From Nitrososphaerota archaeon (lineage in GTDB: Archaea; Thermoproteota; Nitrososphaeria_A; Caldarchaeales; Calditenuaceae), in assembly GCA_038845265.1 (NCBI GenBank), contig JAWBQR010000002.1, positions 1,275 to 33,274 on the forward strand: a DNA stretch of 32,000 bases, written 5' to 3'. The notes beneath the pieces were generated by a model. It was not told the origin of the DNA, did no database searches, and saw nothing but the letters and a program-made list of their open reading frames with translations. The position numbers and the translations under genes are program-made. How positions within the stretch are numbered: the stretch's first letter is position 1; the number at the start of each line of letters is the position of its first letter. Below, in pieces: positions 7,601 to 14,497 of this stretch.

Positions 7601-7963
7601 ATGATGGATTATAAGTCACCAGAACTTCAAGCCCATATTGAAGAAGTAGTTAAGGTTAGTCGAGGATTAATAGACGCTATAATTATTACAAAGCCTGATG
7701 GGACACCAGTAGCAAATGTTAACTCGATTGATATAAATCCAGACTATCTAGCAGCGGCAATATCTGCTGTATCGGGTGTAATATCCTCAGTGCTTGAGGT
7801 CATGGAGATGGGTGACTTTAGAAGAGCACATGTCGAATTGAAGGATAAACGCTACTTATACGTCGTACCATACAAAGGTGACTATGTTGCACTGATTACT
7901 AAGCCAAATCCTAATCTTGGTTTTATCGATCTACTGCTCGATATCTATTTTAAGGAGGTATAA
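7601..7963 (+). CDS. Roadblock/LC7 (MglB-like) domain protein
   Basis: 120 aa. Typical Roadblock pattern (GLIDAIIITKPDGTPVANV...PDYLAAAISAVSGVI...). Sits 3 nt upstream of a small GTPase gene, the conserved Roadblock-GTPase pairing. Confidence 0.7.
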   Translation: MMDYKSPELQAHIEEVVKVSRGLIDAIIITKPDGTPVANVNSIDINPDYLAAAISAVSGVISSVLEVMEMGDFRRAHVELKDKRYLYVVPYKGDYVALITKPNPNLGFIDLLLDIYFKEV

Positions 7964-7966
7964 GAT

Positions 7967-8506
7967 GTGTATAGCTTCAAGATCCTTATCCTTGGGCCTT
8001 TTAATGCAGGCAAGACAACGCTTGTGCAGACACTTTCAGAAATCAGCATGACGACTGAGAGAGAAATAACTAGGCCAGAGGAGAGGGCTAAGAAGACTAA
8101 GACAACTGTCGCGATGGACTTCGGCATAGTCAACCTAGGTGACGGCTATGTGGTAAGATTATTTGGGACCCCTGGACAGAGGAGATTCTCATTCATGTGG
8201 CGAGTCCTAAGTAAGGGCATTCACGGATACATACTTATCATTGATTCTACCGATGAGGAGTCAATCATGGAGGCCATCAGGATACACGAAAACTTTAGGG
8301 AGGAGCATCGCGATGTACCCTACGTCATAGCAGCGAATAAGCAGGATCTACCGGGTGCAATGTCCGCATTAGACATCAGGCTTGCATTAGACGTGCCGGA
8401 TGAGGTGCCGGTAATACCTACAATAGCGACGAATCATCAGTCAGCCTGGAACGTATTGAGCACACTGCTTGAACGATGCATAACTAAGTGGAAAATAGTT
8501 ATTTAG
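7967..8506 (+). CDS. Small P-loop GTPase of the MglA/CvnD-like (COG2229-type) family
   Basis: 179 aa. G1 GPFNAGKTT, switch I TTVAMDFG, G3 LFGTPGQRRF followed by FMW, G4 NKQD. GTG start at 7967 preceded by AAGGAGG (7952-7958). Confidence 0.8.
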   Translation: MYSFKILILGPFNAGKTTLVQTLSEISMTTEREITRPEERAKKTKTTVAMDFGIVNLGDGYVVRLFGTPGQRRFSFMWRVLSKGIHGYILIIDSTDEESIMEAIRIHENFREEHRDVPYVIAANKQDLPGAMSALDIRLALDVPDEVPVIPTIATNHQSAWNVLSTLLERCITKWKIVI

Positions 8507-8508
8507 GA

Positions 8509-9063
8509 CTAAAACTTAACCCAACTAAAGACGAGATATCGAACCTTTTCAGCCATGAGGTCAGGAATAGCAATTATGAAGTTTTTCCGAACAGTGGTAG
8601 CAAGCCTACCGGCCCTGACGAGCTCGGTTGCATGAATATAATCATTAATAGTCTTAACCTGAACTATGAATGGTGCATGATCAATTCCCGGTCCATGTTT
8701 ATAGACTGCAAAATCGCTTCCAAACTTTATCCCTGGCGTAACTATGAATCCACGCTTTCTTAGATCCTTATAAACTATGTATAGCTCACTGAACCTTGAA
8801 TAGTATTCTTTTCCGAGGTTTTCTAGTTCTTCTCTGCTTAGTGCTTTATTATTTTTATAAACGGTCAGCTCACCCTCATCATGTAGGTATAATGCTTCTA
8901 TGAGGTCCAGTACCAAAGGCTCGTCGAAGTTTAATTCTTTGGGTTTAGAAATTCCCAGAGGCTTACCATAATAACCTAATGCATATAGTCGCCTAGCATC
9001 TTCTTTATTGAAGATTACAATGTTTCCTTCAACGAACTCGGCCCTCATCACGACTTTTGACAC
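8509..9063 (-). CDS. endA: tRNA-splicing endonuclease (catalytic subunit type)
   Basis: 184 aa. C-terminal catalytic domain motif GIKFGSDFAVYKHGPGIDHAPFIVQVK containing the Tyr/His/Lys catalytic residues. Typical size for archaeal EndA. Confidence 0.85.
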   Translation of the reverse strand: MSKVVMRAEFVEGNIVIFNKEDARRLYALGYYGKPLGISKPKELNFDEPLVLDLIEALYLHDEGELTVYKNNKALSREELENLGKEYYSRFSELYIVYKDLRKRGFIVTPGIKFGSDFAVYKHGPGIDHAPFIVQVKTINDYIHATELVRAGRLATTVRKNFIIAIPDLMAEKVRYLVFSWVKF

Positions 9064-9175
9064 CTAAATTTTATTTATTCTATCTATTCAACATGTAGTT
9101 TATCGAAATTAATAGTTAAGCATTATTCTTAAACATGCATACTGGGAGTATGATATGACACGACTTGATTAGTGA

Positions 9176-9838
9176 TTACTTTATTTGTGGAAATAATGCC
9201 TTTATTATGTTAGTTATTTCTTCAGACTTATCAGCAATATCTTCTAACATGTGAGTAATCTCCCTCATCAGTAACAAATGAGGAATAGAGATCTTACTCT
9301 GCAGGAGCATGATATCTAATTTTCTGAACAATTCATCAACTTTGTGTTCTTGCTCTTCAATCTCTATTAGCTTTGAGTAAAGCACTGAAGAGTCAAGCGT
9401 AATTGCAAGTATAGCCTCCTTCAGCTTCTCAACAGTTACGAAGACATTATCAGAAAGCTCTGATAATCGTTGATAAATATTCTCGTCGTGAAAACCTAAT
9501 TTTTGAAGGCTCAGAAGCCTAAATGCAGCGCCTTCAGCTTTATCTGAGATTTTATCTAGACAACTTATTAGTCTAATGAAGTCTTCTCTTTCTTGGAGTA
9601 GCGAGCCTATCTTCATAATTTGCTCACCTGTTGAATGTTTAAGCTTTTTACATTCTTCATCAAGTTTTAAAATCTCGTTATATTTCTGGACTAAGACACT
9701 TTCACTCTTTCTATAAGTAACATCCTCAATCATGAGTGAGAGAATACGCATAACATCCATAATTTTCCGGGCCTGTTCCTGAGTTAGAAGCATGATGGTA
9801 TTCTCTATATCTTCAATTCTCTGGCGAGGAAATGCCAT
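9176..9838 (-). CDS. DUF47 / PhoU-like helical protein (TIGR00153-type)
   Basis: 220 aa, all-helical. Two repeats with the DUF47-like pattern (ILKLDEECKKLKHSTGEQI...EREDFIRLISCLDKISDKAEGAA and IEEQEHKVDELFRKL...MREITHMLEDIADKSEE). Call from pattern memory only. Confidence 0.55.
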   Translation of the reverse strand: MAFPRQRIEDIENTIMLLTQEQARKIMDVMRILSLMIEDVTYRKSESVLVQKYNEILKLDEECKKLKHSTGEQIMKIGSLLQEREDFIRLISCLDKISDKAEGAAFRLLSLQKLGFHDENIYQRLSELSDNVFVTVEKLKEAILAITLDSSVLYSKLIEIEEQEHKVDELFRKLDIMLLQSKISIPHLLLMREITHMLEDIADKSEEITNIIKALFPQIK

Positions 9839-9900
9839 ATTAGCCCTCCCTTAATTAAATAATATGTCATGAGTTGCTTATATAATTAAACTCTGGGACA

Positions 9901-11364
9901 CTAGCTAATAGAAAGTATGGCTGAGAGCGTATTTTTGAGTTCAGATACATGTATACGACGTTGAGCCATAGTGTCTCTATCCCGAATGGTTACTGTGTCA
10001 TCGTTCAATGTCTGATAATCAATAGTTACGCATACAGGTGTTCCTATCTCATCCATCTTTCTATACCTCCTTCCGATATCTCCTTTCTCATCAAATATGG
10101 AGTCAAAGTCTAGCTTTATCATTTCATAGATTTTTAATGCCTTCTCCGGCAGTCCGTCCCTAGAGACAAGTGGAAAAACAGCCACCTGAATTGGGGCTAA
10201 GAAGTATGGAAGCTTAAGAATCCTCCTGTTCTGAGTCTCTGAATAGCTATGCTCTATCAATGTATAGAGGCTTCTATCAACCCCCATAGAAAGTTCGAAT
10301 ACGTGAGGTACTATTTTTTCTCCATCATCTAGAACCATCAAGTCCTTACCACTTACCTTCATGTGGCCTGATAAATCATAATCTCCTCTATAGTTACATG
10401 CGACTAGCTCAACCCATCCTAGAGATGTTTCTGCCTCAAGATCCCATGCCTCGATTGCGTAAAATGCTTTTTCTTCCTCATCAAGCTGTCTCAGTCGTAG
10501 CCTATTTCTATCTAGACCTATTTTCTCGTAAAAATGCTGGATTAATGCGAGGTAGTAAGCTGAAAAATAGTTAGATATTACTCCAGTCTCGACGGCTTCA
10601 CGGCAGGTCATTTCTACGACATCCCTGCCTTTAGGCATCAGCCTGAGCTTATAATCCGCCATACTCTTGACTTTTTCATACTCATTTGCTTTTTTTGGGT
10701 TAAAGAAGACTTCTATCTCTGCTTGATAAAACTCTCTTAGACGCATTAAGCTTTGACGTGGAGAGATTTCATTCCTGAAGCTCTTTCCAAACTGGCAGAT
10801 GGCAAATGGCAGTTTGAGCCCCATAGTCATATAGATTCGATGAAAATCAACAAATATGCTCTGACAAGTCTCTGGTCTTAGATATGCCTCGTCCTCTGCA
10901 CCACCGACTCTAACCTGGAACATCATGTTAAACCTACCAACCTTCCCCAACTCGCCTCTACATATCGGACAATTAACATTATATTTTCTCAGTAATTCAT
11001 CAATTTCTTCGTCCCTTACCCTCTCCGGAACTCTTATGCCTATCTTCTCCTCAATTAGTCTGTCAACTCTATGGAGTGCTCCACATTTTTTGCATCTCGA
11101 TACTGGATCAGCGAAGCTTTCAAGATGTCCTGAAGCTATGAAGACTTGCTTAGCCATTATTTGTGAACCATCTATCTCTATCATGTCGTCTCTTCTTACG
11201 AGCTCTCTTCTCCACATCTCTATGAACCTGTTTCTGAGTAGAACACCTAGCTTTCCGTACTCCCAGAAGCCTGCAGGTGCGTCGCTGTATATCTCGCAAG
11301 ATGGAAAGAAGAATCCTCTATTGAGGAATAGCTTCATCAATTTGTCATAGAGGTTCTCGACCAA
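9901..11364 (-). CDS. glyS: Glycine--tRNA ligase (archaeal/eukaryal alpha2 type)
   Basis: 487 aa. N-terminal FFFPSCEIYSDAPAGFWEYGKLG, class II motif 2 FRNEISPRQSLMRLREFYQAEIEVF, motif 3 region SMGVDRSLY, CxxC...CxxC insertion (CKKCGAL...CPICRGEL) as in archaeal GlyRS, C-terminal anticodon-binding domain. Confidence 0.9.
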   Translation of the reverse strand: MVENLYDKLMKLFLNRGFFFPSCEIYSDAPAGFWEYGKLGVLLRNRFIEMWRRELVRRDDMIEIDGSQIMAKQVFIASGHLESFADPVSRCKKCGALHRVDRLIEEKIGIRVPERVRDEEIDELLRKYNVNCPICRGELGKVGRFNMMFQVRVGGAEDEAYLRPETCQSIFVDFHRIYMTMGLKLPFAICQFGKSFRNEISPRQSLMRLREFYQAEIEVFFNPKKANEYEKVKSMADYKLRLMPKGRDVVEMTCREAVETGVISNYFSAYYLALIQHFYEKIGLDRNRLRLRQLDEEEKAFYAIEAWDLEAETSLGWVELVACNYRGDYDLSGHMKVSGKDLMVLDDGEKIVPHVFELSMGVDRSLYTLIEHSYSETQNRRILKLPYFLAPIQVAVFPLVSRDGLPEKALKIYEMIKLDFDSIFDEKGDIGRRYRKMDEIGTPVCVTIDYQTLNDDTVTIRDRDTMAQRRIHVSELKNTLSAILSIS

Positions 11365-11385
11365 CTTAATACACCCTAGAAATAT

Positions 11386-12240
11386 TTATTGAGATAGTCG
11401 TGCACCACAATTTGGGCACTGGCCACCCAGCTCAGACCATGCGTCTGCACAGTCCTTATGGAAGAGAGCGCCACATGAGTTACATGCATAGGCGGTCTCT
11501 GGAGTTAATTGGTCATAACATATAACGCATTGCGAGCCCTCAGGCACGTTCTGAGCAGGAGAATAATTTGGACCAGCAGACACTGCTCCCCCTTCTGTAG
11601 GTTGTTCAATACTTACTTGTTCAGTCTCCTCCGACATAGATTCGAGCTCGTATTGCTGGTACGTAGGTGATCGCCACGCGCCGCCGATCTGCTGCGTCCT
11701 TACACTAAGACTCACAAGTCCCGCTAGGACTGCTGCACCTGCGATTCCAATGCCTGAAAATATAGCGGCGAACAGCCCGATCTCTGGGTTAAAAGTCACA
11801 TCAAACCGCGGCATCTTAAGCATGTATGAATAAATGGGGGATAATATTGCAAGTGAGGCTGAGGCACCTGCAGCTGAAGGAACCACAACCCTGACTATGC
11901 TTATTTTCCTTGAGAGTGAGGCCACTACTCCAGCTAATCCTGCGAGGGCACCGGCTGCCAAGGAAAGCATTAGGCTCTCATTCAGCCAATACCCTAAAAG
12001 TGTCTGTCTTTGAAGTGTATCATATGTGACTGCAAACCAAGTCAATAGCAATGTTAAGGTATGGAATGCGCCTAAAAGTGATATAAGGGCGCCGACCCTC
12101 ATGAACCTTGAGAGTGCCTCCGAGACAGGTGTAATCATGCCGTTAAAATCATAAGATGTTTTCCTACTATATAAATTAGCGCCATGAAGGGGCTGAAATA
12201 CCTCCATTAGAACGTATATGTCTGCATAAGATGACCGCAA
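11386..12240 (-). CDS. Polytopic membrane protein with C-terminal C4HC3 RING/PHD-like zinc finger
   Basis: 284 aa with about four hydrophobic helices and an acidic/Gln-rich linker. It ends in CVICYDQLTPETAYACNSCGALFHKDCADAWSELGGQCPNCGARL (C-x2-C-x11-C-x2-C-x4-H-x2-C-x10-C-x2-C; finger at 11407-11529). The true start may be the internal Met (MEVFQ, about 12207). Confidence 0.7.
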   Translation of the reverse strand: MRSSYADIYVLMEVFQPLHGANLYSRKTSYDFNGMITPVSEALSRFMRVGALISLLGAFHTLTLLLTWFAVTYDTLQRQTLLGYWLNESLMLSLAAGALAGLAGVVASLSRKISIVRVVVPSAAGASASLAILSPIYSYMLKMPRFDVTFNPEIGLFAAIFSGIGIAGAAVLAGLVSLSVRTQQIGGAWRSPTYQQYELESMSEETEQVSIEQPTEGGAVSAGPNYSPAQNVPEGSQCVICYDQLTPETAYACNSCGALFHKDCADAWSELGGQCPNCGARLSQ

Positions 12241-12248
12241 TGCGAAAG

Positions 12249-12255
12249 TTTATAA
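12249..12255 (+). promoter_or_regulatory. TATA-like box (TTTATAA) in the 42-nt divergent spacer, upstream of the 279-aa coiled-coil gene
   Basis: Centred about 31 nt upstream of ATG 12283. A GGAG lies at 12277-12280. Confidence 0.3.
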
Positions 12256-12282
12256 GCAAAATTTTCTATCTGTGAAGGAGTA

Positions 12283-13122
12283 ATGAGCCTATTCGGAAAG
12301 AAGGGCGAGGAGCTGGGACGCATAACCGAGCTCCTTACAGAGCTTATAAATAAACTTGAAGGCATGGAGGGAAGACTTGCGTCCAGAATTATCGAACCAC
12401 TAGAGGCAGGAATAGTAAGTATAAAGTCTGACATAGAATCTATGAAGGGGACCCAGCCCTCTGAGTTATTGGCCGAGTTTAGAGACGCTATAAGGGTTTT
12501 AAAGCTCTCAGTCTCAACAATCCAGGCACTTCAGGAACATGAAAGCAACCTGAGAGAGATACTCGAGTTTCAAAATTCACAGGTTGAACAGCTCGAACAA
12601 GTAAGGCGGTCAATAGCTGCTGAACGTGAGGCATTAAAAGAAGAGAAGGAAAAGCTTGAAGAGCTTAAGCACCAAATAGAGATATGGAAACAAGAGCTGG
12701 ATAAAAAAGAGGCGACTCTTGCAAACTATGAACAAGATATCAGGATACTTGAGGAACGTAAGGAAGAACTTGAAAGAAAGATCAAGGAGCTAAACGAGCA
12801 GTACGTAGAGCTAATAGAGCAGGCAAATAATAGATTAGAAAGGGCCTTCAGAGAGCTGGATCGACGGTTCAAGATAAGAGAGATAAAACTTGAGAGATTA
12901 TCTAGATTGGAGGAGAGAAAGAGAGAGGAGATAGCAAGGCTCGAGTTAGAGAAGAAAACTCTTGAAGAGTATAATAAACAATTTACAGAGCTAGTAGAAG
13001 AGGTAAAGAAGCTCGAGAAGAAGAAGGAATTGCTACTTCAGGAGATAAGTAGTCTTGAGGCTGAGAAACATAATCTAGAGAAATTAAAACAAGAACTTAG
13101 GAGCAATATACTAAAAGGATAG
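12283..13122 (+). CDS. Coiled-coil protein (279 aa), function unknown
   Basis: Long heptad-rich Glu/Lys/Leu sequence (EEKEKLEELKHQIEIWKQELDKKEATLANYEQDIRILEERKEELERKIKELNEQYVELIEQ...). No enzymatic motif recognised. Confidence 0.7.
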   Translation: MSLFGKKGEELGRITELLTELINKLEGMEGRLASRIIEPLEAGIVSIKSDIESMKGTQPSELLAEFRDAIRVLKLSVSTIQALQEHESNLREILEFQNSQVEQLEQVRRSIAAEREALKEEKEKLEELKHQIEIWKQELDKKEATLANYEQDIRILEERKEELERKIKELNEQYVELIEQANNRLERAFRELDRRFKIREIKLERLSRLEERKREEIARLELEKKTLEEYNKQFTELVEEVKKLEKKKELLLQEISSLEAEKHNLEKLKQELRSNILKG

Positions 13123-13293
13123 GGATAGTATTGATATCTACTCCTCATTTTGCTCTCGCTTGGTCTTAAAGTATCGCAGAGAAACACAGTCTAGAGAAAT
13201 TAAAACAAGAACTTAGAAGCAATATACTAAAAGGATAAGGATAGTATTGATTTCTACACTTCATCTTGCTCTCGCTTGGTCTTAAAGTATCGC
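13063..13293. repeat. Tandem direct duplication (2 x 115 bp, period 116) of the convergent gene junction
   Basis: 13063-13177 versus 13179-13293: 8 mismatches and no indels in a hand alignment. The unit holds the 3' end plus stop of the + coiled-coil gene, a 15-nt spacer, and the 3' end plus stop of the - 125-aa gene. Confidence 0.9.
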
Positions 13294-13631
13294 TCCACCA
13301 ATTCGCTTAGATAGTCTATTGTATCTGTCTTATCGGAGATCTCATTTAAAATTTCTTCAAGATAGTTAAGTTTTTCATAGAGATTCTTAATTTCTGCTCG
13401 GAGCGACTCTATTGCTGATAAAATATTTTCGAGGCTCTCGGGTTTTAAGAATTGTCGTGCGGTTTTTTTCTCGAGTGATTCAAGCCTGATATCTTGCTCC
13501 ATTAATACTTCTGCTATATCTTCAATTGCCTTGCTGATGCTGTCATATGTCGGGACCTTTCCGCGAGGAGTATCTACCCAATCAATCTTAATCTCCACTT
13601 CATCTACTTCATTCTTATTTTCTCCACTCAA
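13254..13631 (-). CDS. Small coiled-coil protein (125 aa), function unknown
   Basis: Helical heptad-rich sequence (ESLENILSAIESLRAEIKNLYEKLNYLEEILNEISDKTD). TTG start overlapping the stop of the upstream finger gene (TTGA), with AAGGTGG (13639-13645) 7 nt upstream. Confidence 0.6.
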   Translation of the reverse strand: MSGENKNEVDEVEIKIDWVDTPRGKVPTYDSISKAIEDIAEVLMEQDIRLESLEKKTARQFLKPESLENILSAIESLRAEIKNLYEKLNYLEEILNEISDKTDTIDYLSELVERYFKTKREQDEV

Positions 13632-13834
13632 GCCAAAGCCACCTTACATTTTGGACAAACACCCTTAGTCCCTATAAGGCTTTTGTAGCAGTCTGTGTGA
13701 AAGACCGCTCCGCAATTACTGCACCTATTGTAATCAGTCCCCTCCTCTATTTCGAGTAGACAGGCATCGCAGGTAAGTATCTCCCAGACCCACTTACCGA
13801 CCGATATTCCCTGAACAACCTTTATGCTTCTCAA
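13628..13834 (-). CDS. Stand-alone 68-aa C4HC3 RING/PHD-like zinc-finger protein
   Basis: CDACLLEIEEGTDYNRCSNCGAVFHTDCYKSLIGTKGVCPKC (C-x2-C-x12-C-x2-C-x4-H-x2-C-x10-C-x2-C; 13646-13771), paralogous to the finger of the 284-aa membrane protein. TTG start and no in-frame ATG before the finger. AAATTTAAA TATA-like box about 28 nt upstream. Confidence 0.55.
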   Translation of the reverse strand: MRSIKVVQGISVGKWVWEILTCDACLLEIEEGTDYNRCSNCGAVFHTDCYKSLIGTKGVCPKCKVALA

Positions 13835-13944
13835 CGTCTTAACTAGCGTCTCATTGACTATTTAAATTTGCTAAAAGCTCAGGATTTGGATTAAATTAGC
13901 AGTTTAGGTTTTTTAATAATCATTAGCATATACAGAGGGAACAA

Positions 13945-14454
13945 ATGGGTATTTACGCTTTGATGAACTCGATGTGGCGTGAGAAGCCTAGCGAGCTACG
14001 AGAACTGCTGCGGCAGCGTAGAATACGCTGGAGAAGGGAACCATCAGTCGTCAGGATTGAAAAGCCAATCAGGCTCGATAAAGCGAGGGTGCTTGGCTAC
14101 AAAGCTAAACAGGGATTTGTAGTCCTGCGGGTAAGGGTGAGGAGGGGAGGCTTCAGCAAGCCGAGACCAAATAGTGGCAGAAGACCCAAGGCAATAGGTG
14201 TTGTCCTACATAAGGTAAACGTGACAATGCTAGAAGAAGCAATAAATAGATGTGTCAAGAAGTATCCAAATCTTTACCCACTAGGCGGATACCCGCTGAC
14301 TTATGATAGTCTATATTACTGGTTCGAGGTCGTAATGATTGATCCATACCATCCAGCAATTATTTCAGATCCAGAGATAAAAATTCCCGCTCCTCTTAAA
14401 AGACGCATCCTAAAAAAGAGGAGCAAAAGAGAAAAATATTCCTTGGGAAGTTAA
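13945..14454 (+). CDS. rpl15e: 50S ribosomal protein L15e (eL15)
   Basis: 169 aa, very basic. RIRWRREPSVVRIEKPIRLDKARVLGYKAKQGFVVLRVRVRRGGFSKPRPNSGRRPK matches the eL15 family pattern. Confidence 0.9.
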   Translation: MGIYALMNSMWREKPSELRELLRQRRIRWRREPSVVRIEKPIRLDKARVLGYKAKQGFVVLRVRVRRGGFSKPRPNSGRRPKAIGVVLHKVNVTMLEEAINRCVKKYPNLYPLGGYPLTYDSLYYWFEVVMIDPYHPAIISDPEIKIPAPLKRRILKKRSKREKYSLGS

Positions 14455-14497
14455 ATCTCGGCTCTCTGAATATTATTCAGGGTGGCTCGAACTGGCA

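Noticed and set aside
8488-8763. 91-aa plus-strand ORF overlapping the GTPase 3' end and endA
   Set aside because: It is antisense to endA, whose catalytic motif is clear.
10925-11350. 141-aa plus-strand ORF inside the GlyRS gene
   Set aside because: It is antisense to a gene with clear class II aaRS motifs. It is Ser/Leu-rich with no motif.
12207-12434. 75-aa minus-strand ORF spanning the divergent promoter and the start of the 279-aa coiled-coil gene
   Set aside because: It overlaps the much longer coiled-coil ORF and the TATA-like box. It has Ser-rich mirror composition.
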